Below, piece after piece: positions 1 through 6,378 of a stretch of DNA of 18,722 nucleotides; within the stretch, counting starts at the first letter, position 1; every line of letters starts with the position of its first letter. The stretch lies in IMG/VR virus record IMGVR_UViG_3300045988_025530; one strand, 5' to 3'. The notes under the pieces were generated by a model, which made no database searches, was not told the DNA's origin, and saw only the letters and a program-made list of their open reading frames with translations. This DNA is from a virus. Both the position numbers and the translations under genes were made by a program.

Positions 1-8
1 TCCGATCT
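1..8. other. Probable Illumina adapter remnant (TCCGATCT = 3' end of ...GCTCTTCCGATCT) fused to the genome terminus
   Basis: The first 8 nt are TCCGATCT and the last 8 nt are AGATCGGA, the start of the read-through adapter AGATCGGAAGAGC. The match is only 8 nt but exact at both ends. Confidence 0.65.
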
Positions 9-232
9 AAAAGGAGGGGTGGCCTCCTGGCAGCTGGCCTTTTTCCACAACTGTTCTGTTGTGTGTTTTTGTTCTTGTGTTTTGTTCTGTGTTTTTCATT
101 GCTGTTCTTGTCTTGTCATTTGTTATCACCTCTGTTGTATTCTCTTTCCTTGTTCTTTTTTCGTCGGGTTTTTTTGATGTTTCTGCGTGTCGTGTTTTGT
201 GGTGTTGTATTATATGAGTATCGGCCAAGGTA
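1..232. repeat. Left inverted terminal repeat (ITR); 224 bp if the 8-nt adapter is removed
   Basis: Nt 1-232 equal the reverse complement of 18491-18722 (compared by eye). ORF-track translations 7..228(-) and 18495..18716(+) are identical. Imperfect similarity continues to about 244/18479 (GGAAGGATGG). There is a GC-rich terminal block at 9-43, followed by an extremely T/G-rich tract. Confidence 0.95.
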
Positions 233-244
233 ATGGAAGGATGG
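192..244 (+). promoter_or_regulatory. Putative early promoter + RBS cassette, copy 1 (inner edge of left ITR)
   Basis: GTGTTTTGTGGTGTTGTATTAT (-10-like TATTAT at 208-213) ... TATCGGCCAAGG ... GGAAGGATGG. Near-identical blocks occur at 561-616 and, inverted, at 18479-18531, each directly upstream of an inward-reading ORF. The -35 is weak. Confidence 0.4.
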
Positions 245-254
245 AAAATAAAAA

Positions 255-510
255 ATGATTAATTTTAATGCTTATGTTATCGAGCTTGAAGCTGATAATA
301 GCTATAAGGTGTGCATTGAAATGTGTACAGGGTATTGTTACTAATGATGGCCTTATCGATGATAGTGTTACTACGTTTGAGTCGGCACTTTCAACGGTTA
401 TTGAGATTATGCTGAGTGATGATTATGACTATGTTGAAGTTAGTCGTGGTTTATCTCAAAAAGGCCGTTTGTGTCGTAAGTATGTTATCTCGGTTGATGA
501 CGGGGATTGA
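255..510 (+). pseudogene. Small left-arm ORF, paralog of 864..1109, interrupted by a +1 frameshift near nt 333
   Basis: ATG at 255 gives MINFNAYVIELEADNSYKVCIEMCTG.. and stops at 342-344. The +1 frame (ORF 268..510) continues GIVTNDGLIDDSVTTFESALSTVI...VISVDDGD. The two pieces align colinearly and gap-free with MFKVNAYVTEVEPGHVYSVDVDGFEKIVTACREIDNGEVTFKSALTRVL...VVTIDDFVW (864..1109) if one nt around 333 is skipped. Confidence 0.5.
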
Positions 511-520
511 TAACAATAAG

Positions 521-560
521 CCCGGTAGGTCAATGGCCTACCGGGTTCGTTGTTTGTGTT
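521..560 (+). terminator. Rho-independent terminator after the first left-arm ORF
   Basis: CCCGGTAGG (521-529) / CCTACCGGG (537-545) form a 9-bp stem with a 7-nt loop, followed by the T-rich TTCGTTGTTTGTGTT. Confidence 0.7.
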
Positions 561-616
561 GTGTTTTGTGGTGTGGTATTATGTTAATTATCAGCCAAAG
601 GATGAAGGAAGGATGG
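561..616 (+). promoter_or_regulatory. Putative promoter + RBS cassette, copy 2 (internal duplicate of the ITR inner edge)
   Basis: GTGTTTTGTGGTGTGGTATTAT, with TGgTATTAT (an extended -10-like box) at 574-582, then TATCAGCCAAAGG and AAGGAAGGATGGTGGTTGAGATG. The last part matches the right-end copy AAGGAAGGATGGCGGTTGATATG. Confidence 0.4.
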
Positions 617-858
617 TGGTTGAGATGTGGCATTATTTTACTGTTGTTGACACATATACGGGGTTGGACCGTGGTTTTCGGTGGCGTGAGGCGGTTTGCG
701 GTTACTGTGGGGTTGATTATCATTTTCAAATGTATGATGATATGTGTGGCCGCTGGATTCCGGTGAGGTCTTTTTTTGACGTGGGTGACGGTTTTGAGTA
801 TTGTCGTAATTTTGATTTTAAGGAATTTTATAGGACTTATGGTGAGAGGTTTGTTTGA
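613..858 (+). CDS. Hypothetical small protein (81 aa, MVVEMWHYF...)
   Basis: ATG at 613 sits directly after the GGAAGGA RBS of cassette copy 2. It lies in the frame of ORF 550..858 and has the T/G-rich coding strand typical of both arms. No recognisable family. Confidence 0.55.
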   Translation: MVVEMWHYFTVVDTYTGLDRGFRWREAVCGYCGVDYHFQMYDDMCGRWIPVRSFFDVGDGFEYCRNFDFKEFYRTYGERFV

Positions 859-863
859 GTAGA

Positions 864-1109
864 ATGTTTAAGGTTAATGCTTATGTGACTGAGGTTGAAC
901 CGGGTCATGTGTACTCGGTTGATGTTGACGGTTTTGAGAAAATTGTTACTGCTTGTAGGGAGATTGATAATGGTGAGGTCACGTTTAAGTCAGCTCTTAC
1001 TAGGGTTCTTGAACATGATTATGGTGATTGTGATTTTGATTTCATATGTCGTGGTGTTAAGGACGGTGTTGGTTGCTATGTTGTTACAATTGATGATTTT
1101 GTGTGGTGA
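864..1109 (+). CDS. Hypothetical small protein (81 aa; intact paralog of 255..510)
   Basis: ORF 855..1109. ATG at 864 gives MFKVNAYV, which aligns with MINFNAYV of the first copy. The same 3' context GATTGATAACAA(A)TAAGCCC plus hairpin follows both copies. Confidence 0.6.
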   Translation: MFKVNAYVTEVEPGHVYSVDVDGFEKIVTACREIDNGEVTFKSALTRVLEHDYGDCDFDFICRGVKDGVGCYVVTIDDFVW

Positions 1110-1118
1110 TTGATAACA

Positions 1119-1147
1119 AATAAGCCCCGCATTTTGCGGGGCTTATT
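1119..1147. terminator. Bidirectional rho-independent terminator between convergent left-arm genes and the lysis cassette
   Basis: AATAAGCCCCGCA (1119-1131) / TGCGGGGCTTATT (1135-1147) form a perfect 13-bp stem with loop TTT and A/T-rich flanks on both sides. It lies between the stop at 1109 (+) and the stop at 1161 (-). Confidence 0.8.
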
Positions 1148-1160
1148 CGTGCTGGGGAGG

Positions 1161-2228
1161 TTAGTAGTAGAGTACTTCTCCGGGGTAGATGAGGTTCATG
1201 TTACCCGAGCTGTACCCGGTGATGTTGTACATGCTGACCCCAAGATATGCGGCAATGCCTGATAGTGTGTCGCCTGACTGTACCACGTATGTGCGCGACA
1301 CTGTTGCAGTGTTGCCGCCGCCATTGTGACAGATTTTATCACCGGGGTATACGATGGACGGGTTGCCGCTTGGCACGGTGACGTTCCACCAATCAGACCA
1401 GAACATGGAAACGTACTGTCCAGACTGGATGATAACACAATCAGTGTTGCATGGGGTGTTCGGCGTGCTGGGTTGCGGTGCGGGTTGCGGTGTGGGTTGC
1501 GGTGTGGGATTGGGTGCAACCTGCCCGCTACCCGCGTATGCGTGCCACGTGTTGAGGTCGCCGTAGACTACGCTTAGGTCAACTCCTCCAGTCCAGCCAT
1601 TGACGTAGCCGTTGCCGGTGTACTGCCATGCGACAGCAAACGGCCAATTGCGTAGTGTGGGTTGAACCGCTGGAGGGTTGAAGCCGTAGATTGGTGTATA
1701 GCCTAGCGTATATGCGGCAATCCACAGCCCATAATCTCCGGCGACAACCGCCGACCAATCATAACTATTTTCCGCGTACTGGTTCGTGTAGATAATCGGT
1801 TTGGTGCCCCATACGGCTTCCACGGTTTGAAGCCATGTGAGCGCCCAACTGGTGTCCCATAGGGCGTTAGGCTCCCAGTCGAGGATTGGCACGATGCCTT
1901 TGCCAATGTATCCGCGTGTGTGGTCGATAAAGTAATTGGCCTCATCGACGGCGCTGTTTTCCGTGTGCGCGAAGTGGTAGACGCCGACACCCTGCCCTGC
2001 CGCCAAGGCGTCCTGTACCACGCGGTCACAATCGGGGTTGACGTATCCGATACCCTCGGTGGCTTTGGCGACTACGATTTGCGCGCCAGTGGTGGTGACG
2101 TTGATACCAGTTTGCCAACTGGATACGTCTATCATGTCCGCCGCGTTTGCGGTTGGCGCTAATGCCAACAGCAGTGCGGCGATTGCGGCAATCATACTAT
2201 AGGCGATTGCTTTAATCTTCTTTACCAC
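1161..2228 (-). CDS. Endolysin: N-terminal Sec-type signal peptide + GH25 muramidase + Pro-rich linker + C-terminal LysM domain(s)
   Basis: MVKKIKAIAYSMIAAIAALLLALAPTANA|AD is a signal-peptide-like N-terminus with an AxA site. GH25-like motifs are present: MIDVSSWQ, KATEGIGYVNP, GVYHFAH, ILDWE. The linker is PNPTPQPTPQPAPQPSTPNTP. The C-terminus YVVQSGDTLSGIAAYLGVSMYNITGYSSGNMNLIYPGEVL is LysM. The GTG start at 2228 is preceded by AGGAAGGA with a 5-nt spacer. Confidence 0.88.
   Translation of the reverse strand: MVKKIKAIAYSMIAAIAALLLALAPTANAADMIDVSSWQTGINVTTTGAQIVVAKATEGIGYVNPDCDRVVQDALAAGQGVGVYHFAHTENSAVDEANYFIDHTRGYIGKGIVPILDWEPNALWDTSWALTWLQTVEAVWGTKPIIYTNQYAENSYDWSAVVAGDYGLWIAAYTLGYTPIYGFNPPAVQPTLRNWPFAVAWQYTGNGYVNGWTGGVDLSVVYGDLNTWHAYAGSGQVAPNPTPQPTPQPAPQPSTPNTPCNTDCVIIQSGQYVSMFWSDWWNVTVPSGNPSIVYPGDKICHNGGGNTATVSRTYVVQSGDTLSGIAAYLGVSMYNITGYSSGNMNLIYPGEVLYY
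1470..1517. repeat. 12-nt tandem repeat (about 4 units GGGTTGCGGTGY) encoding the (T/A)PQP linker of the endolysin
   Basis: gggttgcggtgc gggttgcggtgt gggttgcggtgt gggattgggtgc, read directly from the sequence. Confidence 0.8.
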
Positions 2229-2577
2229 CGTTTTCCTTCCTGTCGATGTTGAAAATGTTGAGAATACTGGAGCCGCTTAACTCGGGGTTGATTTTTACGC
2301 AATTCTCCATGATTGAGGTAATCTCAATCAGGCAGATGCCTACGCAAACCGGGATGAACACCGGTAGTCCGATTCCGAGATTGATGTAGTCCGAACCGTA
2401 TTCTACAATCAGCGCGACACAGATTACGGCAAGGTAGGCGAATTTGTGTCCGAGCCCCCTCCGCATTCTCTCACTGGACAGCTTGCCGTGCATGATTGCG
2501 TTTACCACGCCGGTGATATAGTCAATCAGCACCAATAAAAATACAATGCCGATAACGATAAATTCATGGATTGGCAT
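2212..2577 (-). CDS. Holin (3 predicted TMDs; resembles the Phage_holin_4/TcdE-like family)
   Basis: 121 aa with three hydrophobic segments (FIVIGIVFLLVLIDYITGVVNAI, FAYLAVICVALIVEYG, LPVFIPVCVGICLIEITSIM) and a charged C-terminus (DRKENGGKED). RBS is GAGGAA. It lies immediately upstream of, and overlaps by 17 nt, the endolysin. Confidence 0.8.
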   Translation of the reverse strand: MPIHEFIVIGIVFLLVLIDYITGVVNAIMHGKLSSERMRRGLGHKFAYLAVICVALIVEYGSDYINLGIGLPVFIPVCVGICLIEITSIMENCVKINPELSGSSILNIFNIDRKENGGKED

Positions 2578-2586
2578 GAATATTCC

Positions 2587-3693
2587 TCACTTTCTTATAC
2601 CTGATTGCTGTAGTAAGCCGCCAAGTATCATACTGAATTCCGCCTTGATTTGTGGTGTTTCAAAACGCAATCGTCCGACGCGGTAGGCGTTTAGTATTTT
2701 CTGCGTCATATCATCTGAGCGTTTGAGCATCATGCAATCATTATCGACTAGTCGATAATCAAACGTAAAATCTCTAGTGATTTTAGGTTGCTTTTTGGTT
2801 ATGACATATAATACTTCGTCCGTGTCGCTTAATTGCTGGTATACGTTAAAAATACCGTATTCTGTGGTTCTCAGCGTGAACGCATAACCGGCGTTGTTGA
2901 AATCACTGATGAGGGTATTGGCGTTATCCCTAAAATCATTGTTGATTGCATAATTCGCATAATTTTCATCATATTTGCGTAGGAACGTGCCGAATTTGGA
3001 CGAGGCCACCTTTGCGCTGAACCCGCCATAATCGGCCAATTCCACCATGATAAACCCGTCGCAATAGCGTTGGTATTGCGTATGATTATCCAACTGTGGT
3101 TTTAGGTTGATATTGAATGCCGAAAAATACGGGTTGGCGAGGGTCACGGCGTTACTGCACATGATTACGCGAGTCCTATCATTCCACCGGTCAACCGTAT
3201 TGTAAAATTCCTCAAGCGAGGTCACTTCACCGCCCAAATACCGCATATTATCGGGGAAGATTTCATCGAAAACAATGGTGCGCACCTTGGGATACGCAAC
3301 CGATTTCACTTGTCCCGCCTGCGATAGGGCGATGAAGTACCCCATGATATGCCATGTGGGGCGTGTCTTGCCATGCTTGTCCGTGATGGCGTCCCTATCG
3401 TCCAGCCAATGACATTCCGCCTGATTGCCGGACACGCGAAACTCCAATCCCGGGTATTGCTCCGCGATATCCGCGAACCATGTGCCCTTGTTTTTCTGCT
3501 CCTCCGCCGTTCTGCGTAGATAGATGAACTGCCAGCGTTTTTTAATCCAGTCGCCTATGACCAGTTTTTTGGCACCGTAGGTTTTTCCGAGACCGCGCGC
3601 GCCAATGACGAACATCCAAGGCGCGTGGTAGGATAACACGCGCCCATAATCGTAATAATCGCCCTCGGCTAACAGTTTCTCCATATATATCAT
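2587..3693 (-). CDS. DNA encapsidation (packaging) ATPase, phi29 gp16-like
   Basis: Walker A GARGLGKT and Walker B TIVFDEIF. At 368 aa it is close to phi29 gp16 (332 aa), and it sits in the late operon. There is no obvious SD; the start could be the ATG at 3693 or at 3684. Confidence 0.8.
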   Translation of the reverse strand: MIYMEKLLAEGDYYDYGRVLSYHAPWMFVIGARGLGKTYGAKKLVIGDWIKKRWQFIYLRRTAEEQKNKGTWFADIAEQYPGLEFRVSGNQAECHWLDDRDAITDKHGKTRPTWHIMGYFIALSQAGQVKSVAYPKVRTIVFDEIFPDNMRYLGGEVTSLEEFYNTVDRWNDRTRVIMCSNAVTLANPYFSAFNINLKPQLDNHTQYQRYCDGFIMVELADYGGFSAKVASSKFGTFLRKYDENYANYAINNDFRDNANTLISDFNNAGYAFTLRTTEYGIFNVYQQLSDTDEVLYVITKKQPKITRDFTFDYRLVDNDCMMLKRSDDMTQKILNAYRVGRLRFETPQIKAEFSMILGGLLQQSGIRK

Positions 3694-3714
3694 TATGGCA
3701 CGACATACGGACTT

Positions 3715-4932
3715 TTAGAAGTTCGGTGGGGCACTAGCGCCGTCCCATACGACTAGCAGATTATACACGGTCCGATACCGGCTCGGGTATTGCCCGAAAA
3801 CACTGTCATTAAGCAGATTATCCAATAAACCGCCCAATGTGGTTGCTTTCGGTAGCGCCTCGGCGTATGCCGGGCCTTGATGATATGCAGACGCCCATAG
3901 TATCTGCATTTTCGCGTCCGAGTAGACTTGCGGATAATTGTTGTAATCCGTCTCGAACTGGTCACGTTGCCCCTGATGTGATTCGGCGCGTTGCGCCCAT
4001 GTTTTGAACGCCGCCGACTCCGTAGGGGTAAGAGGGCGTGTAAACGGCCCGCCATTGCCCATGAGTGCCGCTATCTCGGGGCATGTTTTGGCAAACGTCT
4101 CATAGCCTGTCGGGTCGGCGGTTTTCATCGCATTCAACACGTCCAACCGACGGTTAAACGACCATTGCGCAATCCCTATGCCCTGCCTGTTGGCTAATTC
4201 GACCGCGCCCCATTGCAATGAGCTTTCCACCGTGCCGATACAGTAGAGTGCGTAACTGCTTTTGCCGTTGCCTGTAGAGGGCGTGGCTTGGCCGCCCGAG
4301 TCACTGGGCGCTTTAACGCTACCCTTGGCCTTCCATGTTTGGGCCGTGGCTTTGTAGAAAATCATGGCACCCGCGCCACTGTCGTTGTCGCGGTAATGGT
4401 AGATAAGATTGTCGCCCTGTTGTTGTATCCACACGTCACTGCTGGATATGCTACCCGAGTTGTTCGAGCCGGTAGGGTTCGAGCCACTGTCATTGTCGCC
4501 GCCGTCCGGTTTTTTGCGCGGGTGCAAATATCCGATATACGCTTTTTGCAATGGGAGTAGTTTATGCACGCTTGGCTCGGGGTTTTGCGTAATCACGTCG
4601 ATGGAATCGCCCTGTATTCCATCAACGACAATGGCCACGTGCGTTGACGGATAATTGGGATAGCAGACCTGCCATATGGCTACGTCGCCGGGCATAGGGT
4701 TCCATGTGTTGTCTTTTTTCTCGAAAATCTCCCCGACTCTTGCGCTTACGGGATGATGTGTGTATAATCCCCCGGCCCAACCGGTAGGGGTGATACAATC
4801 CTGAACACTACACCCGTACTCATCCATGCAATATTTTGCCCACAAGTCCCAGCATTGCGGGCCCCAACTGCCGTCCATGTCCCAAAAGTGGTTTTCGGTC
4901 TGTTTCACCCATGTCCTGAAGTCAACTGCCAT
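3715..4932 (-). CDS. Tail-associated peptidoglycan hydrolase: N-terminal CHAP domain + C-terminal phi29 gp13-type lysozyme-like domain
   Basis: CHAP-like Cys/His signature (WGPQCWDLWAKYC ... PSTHVAIVV). Gly/Ser/Asn linker (GGDNDSGSNPTGSNNSGS). The C-terminal VESSLQWGAVELANRQGIGIAQWSFNRRL resembles phi29 gp13 SESTINPG...LGFGLVQWT. Its position in the tail module matches gp13. Confidence 0.7.
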   Translation of the reverse strand: MAVDFRTWVKQTENHFWDMDGSWGPQCWDLWAKYCMDEYGCSVQDCITPTGWAGGLYTHHPVSARVGEIFEKKDNTWNPMPGDVAIWQVCYPNYPSTHVAIVVDGIQGDSIDVITQNPEPSVHKLLPLQKAYIGYLHPRKKPDGGDNDSGSNPTGSNNSGSISSSDVWIQQQGDNLIYHYRDNDSGAGAMIFYKATAQTWKAKGSVKAPSDSGGQATPSTGNGKSSYALYCIGTVESSLQWGAVELANRQGIGIAQWSFNRRLDVLNAMKTADPTGYETFAKTCPEIAALMGNGGPFTRPLTPTESAAFKTWAQRAESHQGQRDQFETDYNNYPQVYSDAKMQILWASAYHQGPAYAEALPKATTLGGLLDNLLNDSVFGQYPSRYRTVYNLLVVWDGASAPPNF

Positions 4933-4942
4933 ACATAACAGT

Positions 4943-4972
4943 ATACCCCGCCCGGACTACCGGACGGGGTAT
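4943..4972 (-). other. Intergenic stem-loop (possible attenuator/terminator or 5' structure)
   Basis: ATACCCCG-c-CCGG acta CCGG-a-CGGGGTAT (12 bp with one mismatch). There is no clear U-tract on the minus strand. Confidence 0.4.
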
Positions 4973-4988
4973 GTTTCACGTGAAACAT
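4971..4988. promoter_or_regulatory. 18-bp perfect palindrome ATGTTTCACGTGAAACAT (candidate operator / RNA hairpin), site 1
   Basis: Perfect dyad read directly, in the 73-nt gap between the fibre gene stop (5006) and the tail-lysin start (4932). The same core recurs at 10961, 14009 and 14617. Confidence 0.5.
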
Positions 4989-5005
4989 GGGGCGTTACGC
5001 TGGTA

Positions 5006-5938
5006 TCAGATTACAAAATAAGAGAGTTGCAGTGTCTGTTTCAGCTGAGTGTTTGTCTTGATTGTTCCCTGACAATAGAAAGATACTACCCCATCTCCGG
5101 TGATACTAATGTTGCATGGCCCGGAGTCATTACCATACGTGAACGGATAGGAATTCATAAAGCCGTTCGGTCGATATCCTTCCGGCATTGTCCCGATAAT
5201 GAGTGAACCGGGGTTCACGTTCGACGTGCAGTTAGCGTTGGAGTGCCCATCTGGCGAACCGAAACGCACCATGATGTTGACGAATTTTGACAGCGGTGAG
5301 TAATATGCCGTCCATGATACGTTGGAAAAATGATTAGTCAGCACGTTAATTCGCTGAACCAATGCCGTCGCTGATTGTCCCAAGGTTTTCAGGTTGGTTA
5401 ATTCTTCCTGTACGTTCGTCGCCGCCGCCGTCGCGTTTGTCGCTTCAGTGTGGATTTGCTGTGCGGTGCCTGAGTATCCGCCCTGCTTGGTGAACGTCGT
5501 GTCCACCTGATTTCTGGTGTACACACTGCTGGCGTCCGCCTTACCTTCAACCCTATTGGTCAAGCCCGACACGGTGCCCCGTAGTGAGGAAAGTTCGGCG
5601 TCCTCCGCCTTGCCGTTGATAGTGTTCATAAGGTTCTGCGCGGTCGTAGGAGACGTGACGCCGAGCTTGCTGAAATAGTCATCCAATTCGGCAATATCGT
5701 TCTTGTTGGTCTGCGCAAGCGCCGCCGCGTCATCCGCCGCCTGCTTCGCCTCGCCTGCCGCTGTGTTCGCGTTGTTCGCCGCCGCCGTCGCCGTGGTGAT
5801 GTTGGTCGCGTTAGCGTACATCTGATTATCGATTGTCGTCATTGCATCAGTGAAGTCACCGCGCCATGACGGCCGGTCGTTCGGATTGTCGCCAAACGCC
5901 GGCAGATTATAGTGTCCGGTATGCTGTGTAGTTGACAT
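5006..5938 (-). CDS. Tail fibre / receptor-binding appendage protein (long form)
   Basis: 310 aa. The N-terminal about 45 aa are shared with the next ORF (HYNLPAFG..DRPSWRGDFTDAMTTIDNQ). The centre is Ala/Thr/Asn-rich and coiled-coil-like; the C-terminal half looks like a beta-rich globular domain. RBS is GAAGGAG. It lies in the tail module. Confidence 0.6.
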   Translation of the reverse strand: MSTTQHTGHYNLPAFGDNPNDRPSWRGDFTDAMTTIDNQMYANATNITTATAAANNANTAAGEAKQAADDAAALAQTNKNDIAELDDYFSKLGVTSPTTAQNLMNTINGKAEDAELSSLRGTVSGLTNRVEGKADASSVYTRNQVDTTFTKQGGYSGTAQQIHTEATNATAAATNVQEELTNLKTLGQSATALVQRINVLTNHFSNVSWTAYYSPLSKFVNIMVRFGSPDGHSNANCTSNVNPGSLIIGTMPEGYRPNGFMNSYPFTYGNDSGPCNISITGDGVVSFYCQGTIKTNTQLKQTLQLSYFVI

Positions 5939-5956
5939 TATGCTACTCCTTCACTG

Positions 5957-6373
5957 TTACTTGGCGGAACCGATACGGACGATGCCGTTCGCGTCCTTAT
6001 ACATCGAATCAAGCTCGGTCGCCGTCAATCCGAGCGTACTGGGCTGAGCGGCGGTTTTATCGACCTTGCCCGCCAGCCCCGAGGTGAGCGCGTTGGTGGT
6101 GGCGAACCCGCTTGTATCCGGGATGTCGGTTTTGCGTGCGATAGTGTCCGCCACGCCCAGCGGAGAACCGGATGTACCGTTACCGGTGAGGTCGGCGGTG
6201 TGCTCCACCGTCGTAAGCCCGCCCTCAGTAGCCGACGCGATATCATCGGCGTTCCGTTTGAGCTGTGCGTCGATTTTCGCCATGTCGCCGTTATAGTCGC
6301 CGAGCCACGTGGGGCGGTCGGAGCCGGCGAACTGTGAGAGATTATAGTTTCTGGTATGGTTGGTTGCGGTCAT
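5957..6373 (-). CDS. Short tail fibre/appendage protein sharing the N-terminal anchor with 5006..5938
   Basis: 138 aa. NYNLSQFAGSDRPTWLGDYNGDMAKIDAQ aligns with the N-terminus of the 310-aa ORF. It also has a fibre-like repeat VEHTADLTGNGTSGSPLGV. Confidence 0.5.
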   Translation of the reverse strand: MTATNHTRNYNLSQFAGSDRPTWLGDYNGDMAKIDAQLKRNADDIASATEGGLTTVEHTADLTGNGTSGSPLGVADTIARKTDIPDTSGFATTNALTSGLAGKVDKTAAQPSTLGLTATELDSMYKDANGIVRIGSAK

Positions 6374-6378
6374 GATGG

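Noticed and set aside
7-228. 73-aa ORF inside the left ITR (identical copy at 18495..18716), reading outward toward the genome end
   Set aside because: It translates the A/C-rich strand of a low-complexity tract (K/T/N/H/R-rich), has no RBS, runs off toward the terminus, and is duplicated only because it lies in the ITR. It is most likely not a gene.
416-766. Alternative-frame ORFs in the left arm (416..766, 538..729, 895..1113)
   Set aside because: They overlap the better-supported ORFs or the terminator and cassette. Their translations are hydrophobic, low-complexity products of the T/G-rich strand, and they lack RBS context.
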